Shown: piece after piece, positions 17,981 to 30,127 of the stretch
Layout: each line of letters begins with the position of its first letter
Position numbering within the stretch: the first letter of the stretch is position 1
Origin: Pirellulales bacterium
Lineage (GTDB): Bacteria; Planctomycetota; Planctomycetia; Pirellulales; JAEUIK01
Reading direction: 5' to 3'
Length of the DNA: 64,000 nt
Assembly (NCBI GenBank): GCA_019636335.1
Contig: JAHBXR010000001.1
Coordinates: 298,712 to 362,711 of the forward strand
The notes under the pieces: model-generated
Databases searched by the model: none
What the model saw: the letters and a program-made list of their open reading frames with translations, nothing else
Told to the model about the DNA's origin: nothing
Position numbers and translations under genes: made by a program

Positions 17981-18498
17981 TCAGACCAAGGCGTCGATCG
18001 ATTCGCTGGGGCCGGCCTCGTGGATGGCCGCCAGCTTCTCCAGCCATTCGAGCTGGCGCCTGGTGGTGGCCAGGTACGATTCTCGTTCGGCGCTCGAGAT
18101 GCCCGCGGGTCCTGCCTGCTTTTCGAGTTCGGCGAGCTTCTCCTGCTGCTCGGCATACTTCTTCTCGAACAGCGAGACGAAGTCGATCGCCTCGTCGGGA
18201 TGCGCGCCAGCCAGATCGGCTTCGAGGCGAATCTGCGCGAACTCTTGCAGTTCTTGCGCGGAGATCTCGCCCGCCTCGAAGAGGCTTTGCGCCAACTCCG
18301 AGAAGTCGCGGGGAGAAATGCTGCGGACGTCGTGCCTGGCCAGGATCTGCCGAAAGGCCGGGGTCGTGCCGCTGGCTACCGACGTGTGCGGATCGAGAGC
18401 CTCGACGGCCGAGAGGGCGACCTGTTGCGACGCCTCGCGCTCGGCATACGCCGCCAGCGCCGAGGATTGTCCAGGGCGATACGTGTCGATCCGCATAG
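17981..18498 (-). CDS. hypothetical protein (helical, acidic)
   Basis: 172-aa ORF from MRIDTYRP with good codon bias. No recognisable motif. Confidence 0.45.
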
Positions 18499-18770
18499 GG
18501 GGCGATCCTCTCCGCAAGTGGGGCCGGGGCGCAATTCACCGCGTCCTGCCGTTTGCAACTCGCGTACCAAGAGCGTTCCGCAACGATCGTTAAGCCGTAC
18601 GGCCAGGACGCAAACGCCGCACGACGGGGCATTTGTTGCGCGGTGCTAGCGATTTTTGGCAGTGAGCGTCCTCGGCGAAGGACGCGCGCCCACCCGCACG
18701 AACTGCCGAATCGGGCGCGCGAGAAGCGCAAAGATTGCCGATCGACAGGCGGCCGACGGGCGCTCCGCGA

Positions 18771-20102
18771 TCAGTTGCTCGCCGCGGTCGTGTCGCGTGC
18801 CGTCAGGCTGGGAAACGCCGGCTCGACCACTACCACAGGCTCCTCTGGCAGGAATACGTCGCGGAAAGCTGCCAACCACACGATCGAGGCCACCAGGTAG
18901 AGCAACGCCCCGGTCGAGATCGCGATGAACCAGGGACTGGCCGTGTTCATCAGCGCAAGTGTCACGGAGAAAAGGAGCAGGCGTCCATGTTCCAGCCGGT
19001 AGGCCCAGGGCTTGCGCTCGAAGACAGCGCCGAATGCCAGCAATGAGACGACCACCAGCGCCGTCGGCCAGAGCAATTGCCATCGCGGTACGTCGCGCGA
19101 GGCCATCACCGAGACGGCCATCACCGTGGCCAGAACAAACTGCAGCACGACGTAGAGATTCAGCCAGCCGGGAATCCGCGTATGGTATTTCACCACGCTC
19201 TCGGCCGAGATATCGGGCGTCGGGGGACGCTCGGGGAGACCGCGTGGTTGCCAGCCGGGGGGCTTGAACCAGATCTTGATCTTGTCCGTGAAGTAAGGGG
19301 CCTGCCGGGCGACCTCCCAGAGCTCGACATACTCATGCACGTTGGCCCAGAGGGGGTTCCAGCTCGAGAGGGGCCGCACGATGCCGTAGACCGGCTCTTC
19401 TTCTTCAGCCTGGAACGTGCCGAACAGGCGATCCCAGATGATCAGCGTGCCGGCATGGTTCTTGTCGAGGTATTTCAAATTGCGGCCGTGGTGGACGCGA
19501 TGGTGCGACGGGGTATTGAGGATCCACTCGAGCGGTCCGAGACTTTTGATGAGTCGCGTGTGGATCCAGAACTGGTAGAGCGTGTTGAAAGACGACATCG
19601 CCACGTACCACAGCGTCGGGAATCCGATGATCGCCAGCGGCAGATAAAACACCCAGGAAAAGAAGGGCTGGAACGTGCCCTGCCGCAGAGCGACCGCCAG
19701 GTTGTATTCCTCACTCTGGTGATGCACCGCGTGCGCCGCCCAGGGGGCGTTCATTTCGTGGCTGGCGCGGTGGAACCAGTAGTAGCAGCAGTCGACGCCA
19801 AGGAACAAAGCAATTGCCGCGCCCCACTTGGCCGCACCGCTCCACTCGGCGATCGACAAGATCGCCCAGTGCTCGTAGAGCAACTGGTACGAGAGCAGGA
19901 GCACGGTGCCGAAGAACGTCCCCGAGACAACCTGGAGCACGCCGCAGCTCAGGTCATTGATCGAATCGTGCAGGCGATAGACCTTCTTTTGTTCCCAGCG
20001 CGCGGCGAGCACCTCGATGCCGATCAAGATGAAGAAGAAGGGCACGGCGTACGTGATGTACGGGATGTCGCTTCCCAAGACGCGGTCGATCAGGTCCAGC
20101 AT
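18771..20102 (-). CDS. fatty acid hydroxylase / sterol desaturase superfamily membrane protein with C-terminal membrane extension
   Basis: His boxes HRASHE…HAVHHQSEEYN…HHRVHHGRN typical of the FA_hydroxylase superfamily. ~120-aa hydrophobic C-terminal extension. Confidence 0.8.
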   Translation of the reverse strand: MLDLIDRVLGSDIPYITYAVPFFFILIGIEVLAARWEQKKVYRLHDSINDLSCGVLQVVSGTFFGTVLLLSYQLLYEHWAILSIAEWSGAAKWGAAIALFLGVDCCYYWFHRASHEMNAPWAAHAVHHQSEEYNLAVALRQGTFQPFFSWVFYLPLAIIGFPTLWYVAMSSFNTLYQFWIHTRLIKSLGPLEWILNTPSHHRVHHGRNLKYLDKNHAGTLIIWDRLFGTFQAEEEEPVYGIVRPLSSWNPLWANVHEYVELWEVARQAPYFTDKIKIWFKPPGWQPRGLPERPPTPDISAESVVKYHTRIPGWLNLYVVLQFVLATVMAVSVMASRDVPRWQLLWPTALVVVSLLAFGAVFERKPWAYRLEHGRLLLFSVTLALMNTASPWFIAISTGALLYLVASIVWLAAFRDVFLPEEPVVVVEPAFPSLTARDTTAASN

Positions 20103-20576
20103 GCTCGATTTTCCTCGCCCAGCGCACGATCGATCGTGAGAGAGGAACGGCTCTCTCCTTGAGCCGATTCTGGCAGACCGCCCTACGAGGTCAAGACGAA
20201 GAGAGGCACACCCACCGGCACGACAGCCCCCGATTTAGGGCGAGCCGTGTTCCTGATGGTCCATGGTTACAGAACGGCCAGTTGACATGCAGTCGTTCGA
20301 TGGGGAACCAACGTAGGGGCTGTTTATGGCGGTTGTCGGGGGAGCCATGCGACGGCAACCCCCTAGTCCGTCACGAGGTTTTTTCGGGGGGGGAGGGCAG
20401 GGCTCTTTGCACCTTTGTGCAAGCTATGTTTAGCGAGTGCTTTGCCCCGAGAAACCGGGGCCAGGCTGACCTAAGTTTTTCTGCGCTCGGATTGTGCGCG
20501 GAGCGACCGACGTGCGTGCCAGTCGTGGCCTCAGGCCGACCGGCGCCACGTTCCAGACCCCTCGGCGACCGCATCT

Positions 20577-22130
20577 ATGGCTCCCAAGCCTCTCCAGATC
20601 CTCGTTGTCGACGACGACCCGGCGATCGTTCGGCTCGTCACGCAAATGCTGTCCACCGCGGGCTACGAAGTGCGCGAGGCCCAGGACGGCCGCGAGGCGC
20701 TCGAGATGATTCACGAGTCGTGCCCCGACCTCGTGATCAGCGACTGGGACATGCCGGAGTTGAACGGGCTGGAACTCAGCCGGCAACTTCGCCAGGACGA
20801 ACTGCCACACTATGTCTACGTCCTGTTGCTGACAGCGAAGACTCATTCCGACGACATGATCGCGGGGCTGGCCGCGGGGGCCGACGACTTCGTGTCGAAG
20901 CCGATTCGTTCGGGCGAGCTGTTGGCCCGCATCGCGGCGGCACGGCGGATGCTGGAACTGGAGCGCCTCCTGCGGGCCAGCTCGAAGGAAGATCCGCTCA
21001 CCGGGGCGATCAATCGTCGCACGTTCTACGAGTTGTTCGATCGCGAGTGGAAGCGGTCGGTACGCTACGGACTGCCCCTGTCGTGCGTGCTGCTCGACAT
21101 CGATTTCTTCAAGAAAATCAACGATACGCATGGCCACCCGGCGGGCGACTCGGTACTGCGCGCCGTCGCGAAGTTTTTGCACGCGCAATGCCGCGCCACG
21201 GAGTATGTCTGCCGTTACGGGGGGGAAGAGTTCTGCGTGCTGCTGCCCGAGACCGATGAGCGGGGCGCGTCGATCTGGGCCGAGCGCGTGCGGGCGGCCC
21301 TATCCGAGCTCGTCGTTCCCGTCTCCGGGGGCGCCCTGCGCGTGACGGGAAGCTTTGGCGTCGCCGAGCGTCTCGACGACATGCGCGGCCCCGAAACGGT
21401 GGTGGACGTGGCCGATCAGGCCCTGATCGTCGCCAAGCAGTCGGGACGCGATCGTGTCGTCACGGCGCGCAGCCTGGGCGACGCCATGTCGAACCTCGCC
21501 AGCGGCAAGCACGACAATCCGCTGGCGGGCGTGTTGGCGCGCGACGTGATGGGCGTGCTCGTTCATTCGCTCCACCAGGACGATAACATCCAACGCGCCG
21601 CCGAGTTCTTCCTGCAGTTGCGACTCGGGTCGGTGCCGGTCATCGACGACGACGGCAAGCTCGTGGGGGTCGTCTCGGAGAAGGACCTCATGACGCTCGA
21701 CGTGTCGGGCGAATCGTGGGACCGCAAAGTGCGCGACATCATGAAGCGGAACGTCGTCTGCTACGAAGAAACGGTGCCGGCAGAATCGGTGTTCCAGTTC
21801 TTGTGCCGCGTGTCGATCCGCCGCGTGGTGGTGGTGCGCGATGGGCATCCCACGGGCATTATCAGCCGCAGCAGCCTGATCCGCTGGTTCCGCAACTGGG
21901 TGCTGACCAATCGCGACCAACTGCCCGACCACGAGGCGGAACGCAAGCGCTTGCACGCGGGAGTCATGCTGACGGCCCGAGCCCTAGCCGAATGTGCCGA
22001 GGCACTGCCCGGCAAGCTCCTGCTCGATGAGCGAAACTTCATCCCCTACGCCGTGGGCGAAGCCACGCGGATGCAGGAGCTGATCAACGATCTGCTGGGA
22101 CACTGCCAGAGCGTGGGCACGGCGTACTAA
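20577..22130 (+). CDS. response-regulator receiver + GGDEF diguanylate cyclase + CBS pair
   Basis: REC (LVVDDDP…DLVISDWDMPELNG), GGDEF with intact RYGGEEF active site, and C-terminal tandem CBS motifs. Confidence 0.9.
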   Translation: MAPKPLQILVVDDDPAIVRLVTQMLSTAGYEVREAQDGREALEMIHESCPDLVISDWDMPELNGLELSRQLRQDELPHYVYVLLLTAKTHSDDMIAGLAAGADDFVSKPIRSGELLARIAAARRMLELERLLRASSKEDPLTGAINRRTFYELFDREWKRSVRYGLPLSCVLLDIDFFKKINDTHGHPAGDSVLRAVAKFLHAQCRATEYVCRYGGEEFCVLLPETDERGASIWAERVRAALSELVVPVSGGALRVTGSFGVAERLDDMRGPETVVDVADQALIVAKQSGRDRVVTARSLGDAMSNLASGKHDNPLAGVLARDVMGVLVHSLHQDDNIQRAAEFFLQLRLGSVPVIDDDGKLVGVVSEKDLMTLDVSGESWDRKVRDIMKRNVVCYEETVPAESVFQFLCRVSIRRVVVVRDGHPTGIISRSSLIRWFRNWVLTNRDQLPDHEAERKRLHAGVMLTARALAECAEALPGKLLLDERNFIPYAVGEATRMQELINDLLGHCQSVGTAY

Positions 22131-22149
22131 CCGCCGCTGGCGGCAGCCC

Positions 22150-22788
22150 CTACTTTACCCATTCGCTGCGGTAGATCGGCGCCCCGTGCTGCCGCATGCG
22201 GCGCTCGAAGTGGGTGCGGAAGTCGAGATCGTGCTCGGCCGGTTTTTCGACCACCTCGAGGGGCCCCTGCAGTTGCGTCTCGCTGCGCAACAGCTCGAGC
22301 GAGGCTTCGAAGTATTCGGACACGTCGGTCCAGAAGTGAAGGCGACCGCCCGGGATCAGCGTGCGCTGTACGTGACGCACGAACTTCTCGTTCATGACGC
22401 GGCGCTTGTGGTGGCGCTTTTTCCACCACGGATCGGGAAAGTAGACGTGTACCGCGACCAGGCTCGCATCGGGCAGCAACTCGTCGAAGAGACGCATCGC
22501 GTCCCCCGAGAGCACCCGGGCGTTGCGCAGGCCGCGCCGGGCGAGCCGCGCCGCGGCGAAGCGGGCATACTTCGCGGCGATCTCGCTCCCCAGGAAATTC
22601 ACGCCGGGTTCGGCCGCGGCGGCGCCTTCGAGAAAGAGCCCCTTGCCCGAGCCGACTTCGACCGCCAGCGGCGCCTCGCGTTCAAATAGCGCAGCGCTGT
22701 CCCAAGGCCGTGGCAACTCGTCGAAGGTCGACAAGTGGGGCGAAAGGTCGAGGGCGGGGCTGATCGTTCGCAGTGCGCGGCGTCCCAT
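22150..22788 (-). CDS. trmB: tRNA (guanine46-N7)-methyltransferase
   Basis: EVGSGKG SAM motif plus the VHVYFPDPWWKKRHHKRR signature of TrmB. Confidence 0.85.
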   Translation of the reverse strand: MGRRALRTISPALDLSPHLSTFDELPRPWDSAALFEREAPLAVEVGSGKGLFLEGAAAAEPGVNFLGSEIAAKYARFAAARLARRGLRNARVLSGDAMRLFDELLPDASLVAVHVYFPDPWWKKRHHKRRVMNEKFVRHVQRTLIPGGRLHFWTDVSEYFEASLELLRSETQLQGPLEVVEKPAEHDLDFRTHFERRMRQHGAPIYRSEWVK

Positions 22789-22844
22789 CGGTGCTTCAAC
22801 AAGTGGTGCGGTTCGGAAGGCGGGCCAGCCCGATGCGGCCCGAT

Positions 22845-23678
22845 TCAGGGAACGAGACTGGGATCGTCTTGGCGGAGATCGAGCTCTCGCTGGCGATCGG
22901 TCTCGCCGGTTCCATCATGGGGCTCATGAGGTCCAGCGTCCAGCAGGTACATAACGATCATGCCGCCCAAAAAGCCCCCCACGTGGGCCCACCAGGCCAC
23001 GCCACCATTCATGCCCAGTTCCACGGTCTGCGTGGCATTGAGCAGTTGGCCGAGGAACCAGACGCCTAGGACGACGATCGCCGGGATGTCGGCAATGGTC
23101 ACGAAAATGATCAGGATGACCAGCGTGCGGACCTTGGCGTGAGGAAACGTCACGACGTAGGCGCCCAGCACCGAGGCGACGGCCCCGCTGGCCCCGATGA
23201 CCGGCACCATGCTGTGGGTATCCTGCGCCCAGTGGACGGCCGCGGCAATCAAGCCACCGAGCAGGTAAAAGCCGGCAAACAGCGTGTGCCCGAGCCGGGC
23301 CTCGATGCTGTTGCCGAAGACGAGCAGGAACCACATATTGCCGATGAAATGCACCCAACCGGCGTGCATGAACATGGCCGTGAACAACGAGGCGATGATT
23401 TCCCGCGTGTCGGCCTCGAGCCGCTCGGACTCGTTGATCTCGTACCTGACGGGTAAGTGCTTGTGCTGTTCGTATCGCCGCAGATTGACGTCGATCGGCT
23501 GGTGCGTCTGCAACTGTTCGATGCGGGCCGGTATGAAGCCGCGGTGCAGCACGACGCGCTGCTGCGTGAGGTCGTCGAGCGTGTAGCTCCAGACGAGCGC
23601 GAGCAGATTCAACACGATAATCGCGATCGTGGCGTAGGGAACGCCGCGTGCCGGATTGTCGTCATGCAGTGGAAACAT
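22845..23678 (-). CDS. rhomboid-family intramembrane serine protease
   Basis: HAGWVHFIGNMWFLLVFG…GASGAV (GxSG) and a downstream His in TM6. Confidence 0.85.
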   Translation of the reverse strand: MFPLHDDNPARGVPYATIAIIVLNLLALVWSYTLDDLTQQRVVLHRGFIPARIEQLQTHQPIDVNLRRYEQHKHLPVRYEINESERLEADTREIIASLFTAMFMHAGWVHFIGNMWFLLVFGNSIEARLGHTLFAGFYLLGGLIAAAVHWAQDTHSMVPVIGASGAVASVLGAYVVTFPHAKVRTLVILIIFVTIADIPAIVVLGVWFLGQLLNATQTVELGMNGGVAWWAHVGGFLGGMIVMYLLDAGPHEPHDGTGETDRQRELDLRQDDPSLVP

Positions 23679-23714
23679 CGGACCGGCACGGGCAACAGGT
23701 GGGTTTGCCGCGCG

Positions 23715-24215
23715 TCAGGAGTTGGCCCGCACGGTATCGAGCAGGTTCTTGGGCAGAGGGATGCCCTTGATCCCCCCTTCGCATACCAGCGTCTGGTCGA
23801 CGTAGCATTCGAAGCGGCAGACGATCATCGCTCCACGTCGGATGCGCAGCAACTTGGCTCCGATTACCAGTCGACTGCCGGGGAGGACGGGATCGCGAAA
23901 ACGGACATCTTCCAGCCCGCCAAAGCCGACCATCTCCGCCCCGAGCAGGTCGTGCTTTTGCGAGTAGTAGCTGCAAAGCTGGGCAGCGGCCTCGCACATC
24001 ACGACACCCGGCATCAACGGCATGCCCGGCATGTGCCCGCGCACCCAGAACTCGTCTTCCGTGATGTCCTTGTAGCCGACGCAGATGTGATTCTGGGCAT
24101 CTTCGAAGACGATCGCGGTAAGCTGCTCCATCTCGAAGCGTTGCGGGTTGTAGCGGCGAATCTCTTCCAGATCCGCCACGACATGGTTGAAGTCGACCTG
24201 AGCAAGGTCGATCAT
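23715..24215 (-). CDS. fabZ: 3-hydroxyacyl-ACP dehydratase
   Basis: Hotdog-fold motifs FFEDAQNHICVGYKDITEDEFWVRGHMPGMPLMPGVVMCEAAAQ. Start at MIDLAQVDF. Confidence 0.85.
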   Translation of the reverse strand: MIDLAQVDFNHVVADLEEIRRYNPQRFEMEQLTAIVFEDAQNHICVGYKDITEDEFWVRGHMPGMPLMPGVVMCEAAAQLCSYYSQKHDLLGAEMVGFGGLEDVRFRDPVLPGSRLVIGAKLLRIRRGAMIVCRFECYVDQTLVCEGGIKGIPLPKNLLDTVRANS

Positions 24216-24346
24216 CGGTTCGCGCTGCGACACAGCGGACCTCCTGTTAATGCTGCTTGAACGCACGGAACGCTCCAGAGTTCCGTCGCGCATCGAGGTC
24301 GCGGAGACGCCCTTCTCGCGATCGCTCGACGCTTACTTGCCGCCGG

Positions 24347-24445
24347 TTAGGTGCGCAGATCTTTCCGCTTCAGGCGGCGGGCCTTGCTGTTGGCCGGACG
24401 CTTGCCGTGGTTAGCTTTCTTCAACTTACGATGGGGCTTCGCCAT
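24347..24445 (-). CDS. very small highly basic protein (32 aa), possibly ribosome-associated
   Basis: MAKPHRKLKKANHGKRPANSKARRLKRKDLRT. It sits ~130 nt upstream of fabZ on the same strand with a GGGA SD-like element. Too short for the ORF track. Confidence 0.3.
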   Translation of the reverse strand: MAKPHRKLKKANHGKRPANSKARRLKRKDLRT

Positions 24446-24548
24446 GACTCGATCGTTCCCGTCTCTGTGTTGGAAGATGGTTGTTTCGGTTGAGGAGCCC
24501 GGGGCCGGCGAGCTCGAAGGCTAAGTCTACTCGTCGGCGCGAGATATG

Positions 24549-24573
24549 AAAAGGTCGTGGCACGAACGACCTT
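24549..24573 (-). terminator. rho-independent terminator of the RND gene
   Basis: aaggtcgt-ggcacga-acgacctt hairpin with a T-run on the minus strand just downstream of the RND stop. Confidence 0.5.
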
Positions 24574-24630
24574 GATACGCAACAGGTTGCGCGCGAACCA
24601 ATGGGGCGGGCACGGCACGAGGGGGGACGA

Positions 24631-27443
24631 TTAAGCGGCGCTTTCCCGGGGGGCCGTCGACGGGAGGCGGCCTGCCTTCCGCGTCGGAATCACCGGCTCG
24701 TTGGGGGGATCTTGCCAGAAGAACTGGGGCTCCTCGTCGTGGGGCAGCTCTCGCCCGCGGAGTCCGTCGTTGGAGACTTCGGCGCGGCCGCTCGTGAAGA
24801 TCGTGAGCAACGCCGGCAGAATCACCAGGGCCGAGAAGGTGCAGCAGGCCACGCCGATCGTGAGGATGCGTCCCAGGCTCTGCATGCCCTGGTGCGCGGC
24901 GATCATCATGGCGCCATAGCCGACGATGGTCGTCAGCGAATCGACCAGCACCGCCACGGCCGTCGAGGGGGCCATGCGATAGGGCCCCTTCTGGTCGAGG
25001 AAGTCGTGGACGATATGCACGCCGTAGTCGACGCCGAGCCCCAGGATCAGCGGCAGGGCGATCATGTTCGCGGGGTTGAGCGGGATGTTCAAGGTGCCCA
25101 TCAGGCCAAACATCTGCACCATGCCCAGCCCCAGCGGAAGAGCGGCCAGGGCGGCGAAGCGAATGCTGCGGAAGTCGAGGAACAACACCGCGATGATGAT
25201 GACGGCCGCGTAGATCGAGGCCTCTTCATAGCTGCTCTTCATCTGGAAGGTGCCTTCGTAGGCCTGCAACGGATTGCCCGTCACGCGGGGATCGACCTTC
25301 CGCACGTCATGTACGAAGCGTTCGAGGTGTTCCATCTCCCAGATGCTGCCCTTGCCGTAGATCTTGAGCAGATGGCGGCCATGCTGGCCAACGAAACGAT
25401 CGACGAGGCTCTCGGGCAGATCGGTGAGTTGCGGCGGCTCGGGGCTCGACATCTGACCGAGCACGTGCAGGCGGCTCAGCAAATCGCCCGCCATGTGCTG
25501 TTGAAAGGTCGAGAGCAACTCGTAGCAGCGTTCCGCCGGCAGGCGGCGGAGCAGATCGCGCGCCTGGGCCAGGTACTGCGCACAGGGGGCGCCGCTGGGA
25601 CTGCGCGAGACCAATTCCTGCGCACGCGCCAGCGCCAGGCCAAGCTGCTCGGGGGGCGAAACATCGATCAGCGGAGGACGCTCGGGCAGCGAGGCCAGGC
25701 GTTCGTTGATGCGCCCGATGATCGGTTTCTTCACCTCCTCGTCCGGCGGCAGTAGCGAGACGATTTCTTCGATCCGTTCGACCGAGTCGAGCTTGAGGAA
25801 CTCGGCCTTGCGCGCCAGCAGTTCCTCGCGGCTGTCGGCGATCGACAGGGCGTACCACAGGCTTTGATTACAGGCCGAGAGAATGCGCTGCTCGAGCTCG
25901 ACGCTTTCGAGTCCGCGCGGCTGCATGTTCAGCAGGTTGTGGTCGTACCACAATCGTCCCAGGCCAAGCCCCACGAGCGCCGTCGCCGCCAGGGTGGTGA
26001 TCGCCGTCAGGCGCGGCATGCGCACGAACGGTTTCAACCAGGTATGTACCGGCAACGGTTTGGGAATCGAGCTGGTCCAGGGCAGGCGATCGACCAAGCA
26101 GATGGCCGCCGGCAGAACGTAAAGTTGCGAGACGGCACACAACAGCAGGCCACCGCCGGCGATGATGCCCAGTTCGGCGACCCCCAGAAAATCGGTGAAA
26201 CCCGCGGCAAAGAAGGCCACGGCGGTCGTAATCGCGCCGGTGGTGATCGCCGGTGAGACGCCGGTGGCCGTCGTGAGCAGCGCGTCGCGCGGCGAATCGG
26301 TATGCTCGCGGACTTCGAAGTAGCGGGCAATGAAATGGATGCCGTAATCGATGCCGATGCCGATGAGCGAGACGGCGAACGTCACGCTGTAGATGTTCAG
26401 GTGGCCGACGGAGAGGGTGACCCAGCCAAACGACCAGGCCATGCCCGCGAGCAGTACAAGATTGGCCAGTATGGCATGGCGCAATCCGCCAAAGCCGGCC
26501 ACGATGAGCAGGCCGACGCCGACAAAAGACAAGGCGCTCGCATAGACCAACGAGCGATTGCTGGTCCGCATCTCGTCATTTTCCATCACGGGCAGGCCGG
26601 TGACGCCGATCTTTACCTCGGGGTGCCGCGCGGCGACGCGGCCGGTGAGGTCGCGCAGGGCGTCGACGCCGACGCTGTTACCCTCGAAGTTCGCTTCGCT
26701 GGGGGCCATGCGCAGCAGTACCATGCCGAGCTGGCCGTCGCGCATGAGCAGGTATTCGGAGTTGAGCTCGCTCAAGGTGGAGAAGGAAGCCGGCATCGCG
26801 GGCCAGGGAGAACGGTACTCGCCAGGCGAAGAGAGCATCGAGACCAGGCCTCCCGCCAGGCGTTCGAGTTCCAGCGCGCTGGGCGGAGGTTGCGCGGTCC
26901 CGAGTTGCTGCTGCTCTTGTTCGAGACGCAGCGCCAAACCGGCCGCCATGCGTCCGACGTTCAAGCGGGTCCACTCTCCGCCGTAGATCGGCTCGACCTC
27001 GCCGACAAACGACTCGATCCCTTGCAGCTCTTGCGGCGAGAGATAGTGCAGGCCTTTGGCCTGAATCTTGCTCAGGTCGACGCCATGCAGGACGCCGTGG
27101 AACAGCTTGTCCTCGCGGGCGAGCATGGCCGAGATCTCGCGCAGCACGGGCACGACCTGCTCGCGGCCGGCGCCTTCGACCACGACGACGGCGTCGTCTT
27201 CGGCGCCGAATTCATTCGTGTACTCGCGCCACAGGCGGGCGTATTCGTTGTCGGGATCGACGAGATCGCTACGGCTGGTGCGGTAGCCGATGTAGGCATT
27301 CGAATAGAGCAGGGCGGCTATCGAGAGGGCGACGGCCAGAGCGACCGTGGCCACCGGGTAGTCGAGGACCACGCGCGTCGAGAGATAGAACGCTTGCTCG
27401 ATGCGCGTGCGTTTGTGGTGAGGATTCCTTCCCCCTGACATGC
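24631..27443 (-). CDS. RND-superfamily exporter (MMPL/HpnN-like, two large periplasmic loops)
   Basis: 12-TM topology with MMPL-type repeat halves (…GIDYGIHFIARY… / …GVDYGVHIVHDF…). Start placed at MSGGRNP. Confidence 0.8.
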
Positions 27444-27697
27444 CAACCGCCAATCGTTCGCGTTCTGGCGCGGATGGGGCGCGCAAGCGCCAGATTCCCT
27501 TCTGCCGCGGCCAGTTGGGGCGGCATTCTAGCCCCAGGCCGCGAAAACCAACAAGACGAGTCTGGGGGGCGATTTCCGGTGGCAAGTCGAGATTTTATCG
27601 ACCCTTACGGATTTTTCATGATTGCCGCAGGGGGGAGCTCGCACGGAGGGATCGGCGTGGGGCAAACGCGAGCCGCACGCCGTCCGGCCCGAGCGGC

Positions 27698-28893
27698 TCA
27701 GGGGGGGCTGGCGTGCGTGGGACGATGCCGCAGGCGGAGCAGCCAAAGCGAGAGCACGCCGGCGGCGATCGTGAGCACCGCGAGCGCCGAGTAGGTACGC
27801 AAGCTCGACTGCATCCACCCGGCGAACGAAGCGCCGAAGCTGCCGACCCCAAAGCTCATCGTATTGCTTACGCCGTACGCCAGGCTGCGCCGTTGCGAAG
27901 AGACGTAGCGTGCCACGAGCGAGTTGTAGATCGGCTGATGCATGAAATGGACCAGGGCAAAGAGAGCCGCCGCCACGACGCGCCAGATTCCGTCGGCTAC
28001 CGCCATCCAGAAGAGAAAGGGGGCCATGCCAAACAGCACCGCCGAGAGGAGCGGTTCGAGCGTCGTCGGTCGGGCGATGCGACCGGCAGAGTATTGTCCG
28101 ATCACTCCCGCTAAAAGCACGCTGGCCGTCAGCAGATTGCCGACCGAGTCGCGCGGCATGCTGCCGAAGCCGAGGTGCGCCTCGTCCAGATAGCGGGGAA
28201 GAAAGTTCAGCAAACCGGCGTAGATGAAGCCGGCCATCGCTCCCAGCGCGATCAACAGCAGAAAGGCCGCGCGGTTACCCTCGTGCGCGGGCACGGCCAC
28301 CGGATCGACCCCCACGCGCCGGGCCATGCGCTCTTGATGATGATCGCGCAAATAGATGGCGATCACCAAGGCGAGGGCACAGCCAGGCAAGGCGAGCAGC
28401 AGGTAGTATTGCCGCCAGGAAAGGCCCAGCCAGAGGGCGACCGCCGCGATAAAGGGTCCGCCGGCGATGCCCACCGAGCCGAAGATGCCGTGAATCCCCA
28501 GGGCGCGGGTATGCGTTTCGTCGGTCGTCTCGTGCGAGATCAGCGCCAAGCCGGCGGGATGATAAATGCTGGCGAAGGTTCCCATGAGGAACATCGAGAT
28601 GAAGAGCAGGGCCAGGCCGGGCGACCAGGCCGCGAGGATCGACGTCGCGGCGCAGCCGGCGAGATAGATCACCAGCAGCCGTTTCGAGCCAAAACGATCG
28701 ACCAGCCAGCCGGCGGCAAAGGCGCACAGCCCGAAGGGAAAGCGCCACATGTTGCCCAGCGCGCCGGTGGTTTCCATGCCGACATGAAAGTCGCGCGCGA
28801 CCAGTTGCTCGACGCTGGGAAGCGAGAGCTCGTAGACATGGACGAGCGCATGCGCGCAGGAGACGAACAGCACGAGCCGCAGGGTCGCACGGT

Positions 28894-28896
<3 letters not shown>
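27698..28896 (-). CDS. MFS transporter
   Basis: Polytopic, with GWLVDRFGSKR loop motif. Its start ATG overlaps the trpD stop in an ATGA arrangement. Confidence 0.8.
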
Positions 28897-29907
<1,011 letters not shown>

Positions 29908-30127
29908 GCGTCACTCTCCGGAAAAATGGGGCCTCGCCGTGTGCCGTTCGATTGTAGTGAGGCGGATGCGCGGTCGATAGTCTCGGCTCACGACCTCGGA
30001 TGCTCTACCTTGTTGCTCGCAGGCTGTAACCCTACAATCGCGGCATTCAGGAAGGTGCGATACGCGGAGCCTGAAGCGGGCTCGCCTGTCGCTCGTTACG
30101 AAGCAACTCACGCTACGGACGCGTCTC

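Noticed and set aside
17806-18156. N-terminal 117-aa extension of the hemolysin-III track ORF
   Set aside because: The extension is Arg/Pro/Ser-rich with no TM. The HlyIII family begins near MSDTLAHDP.
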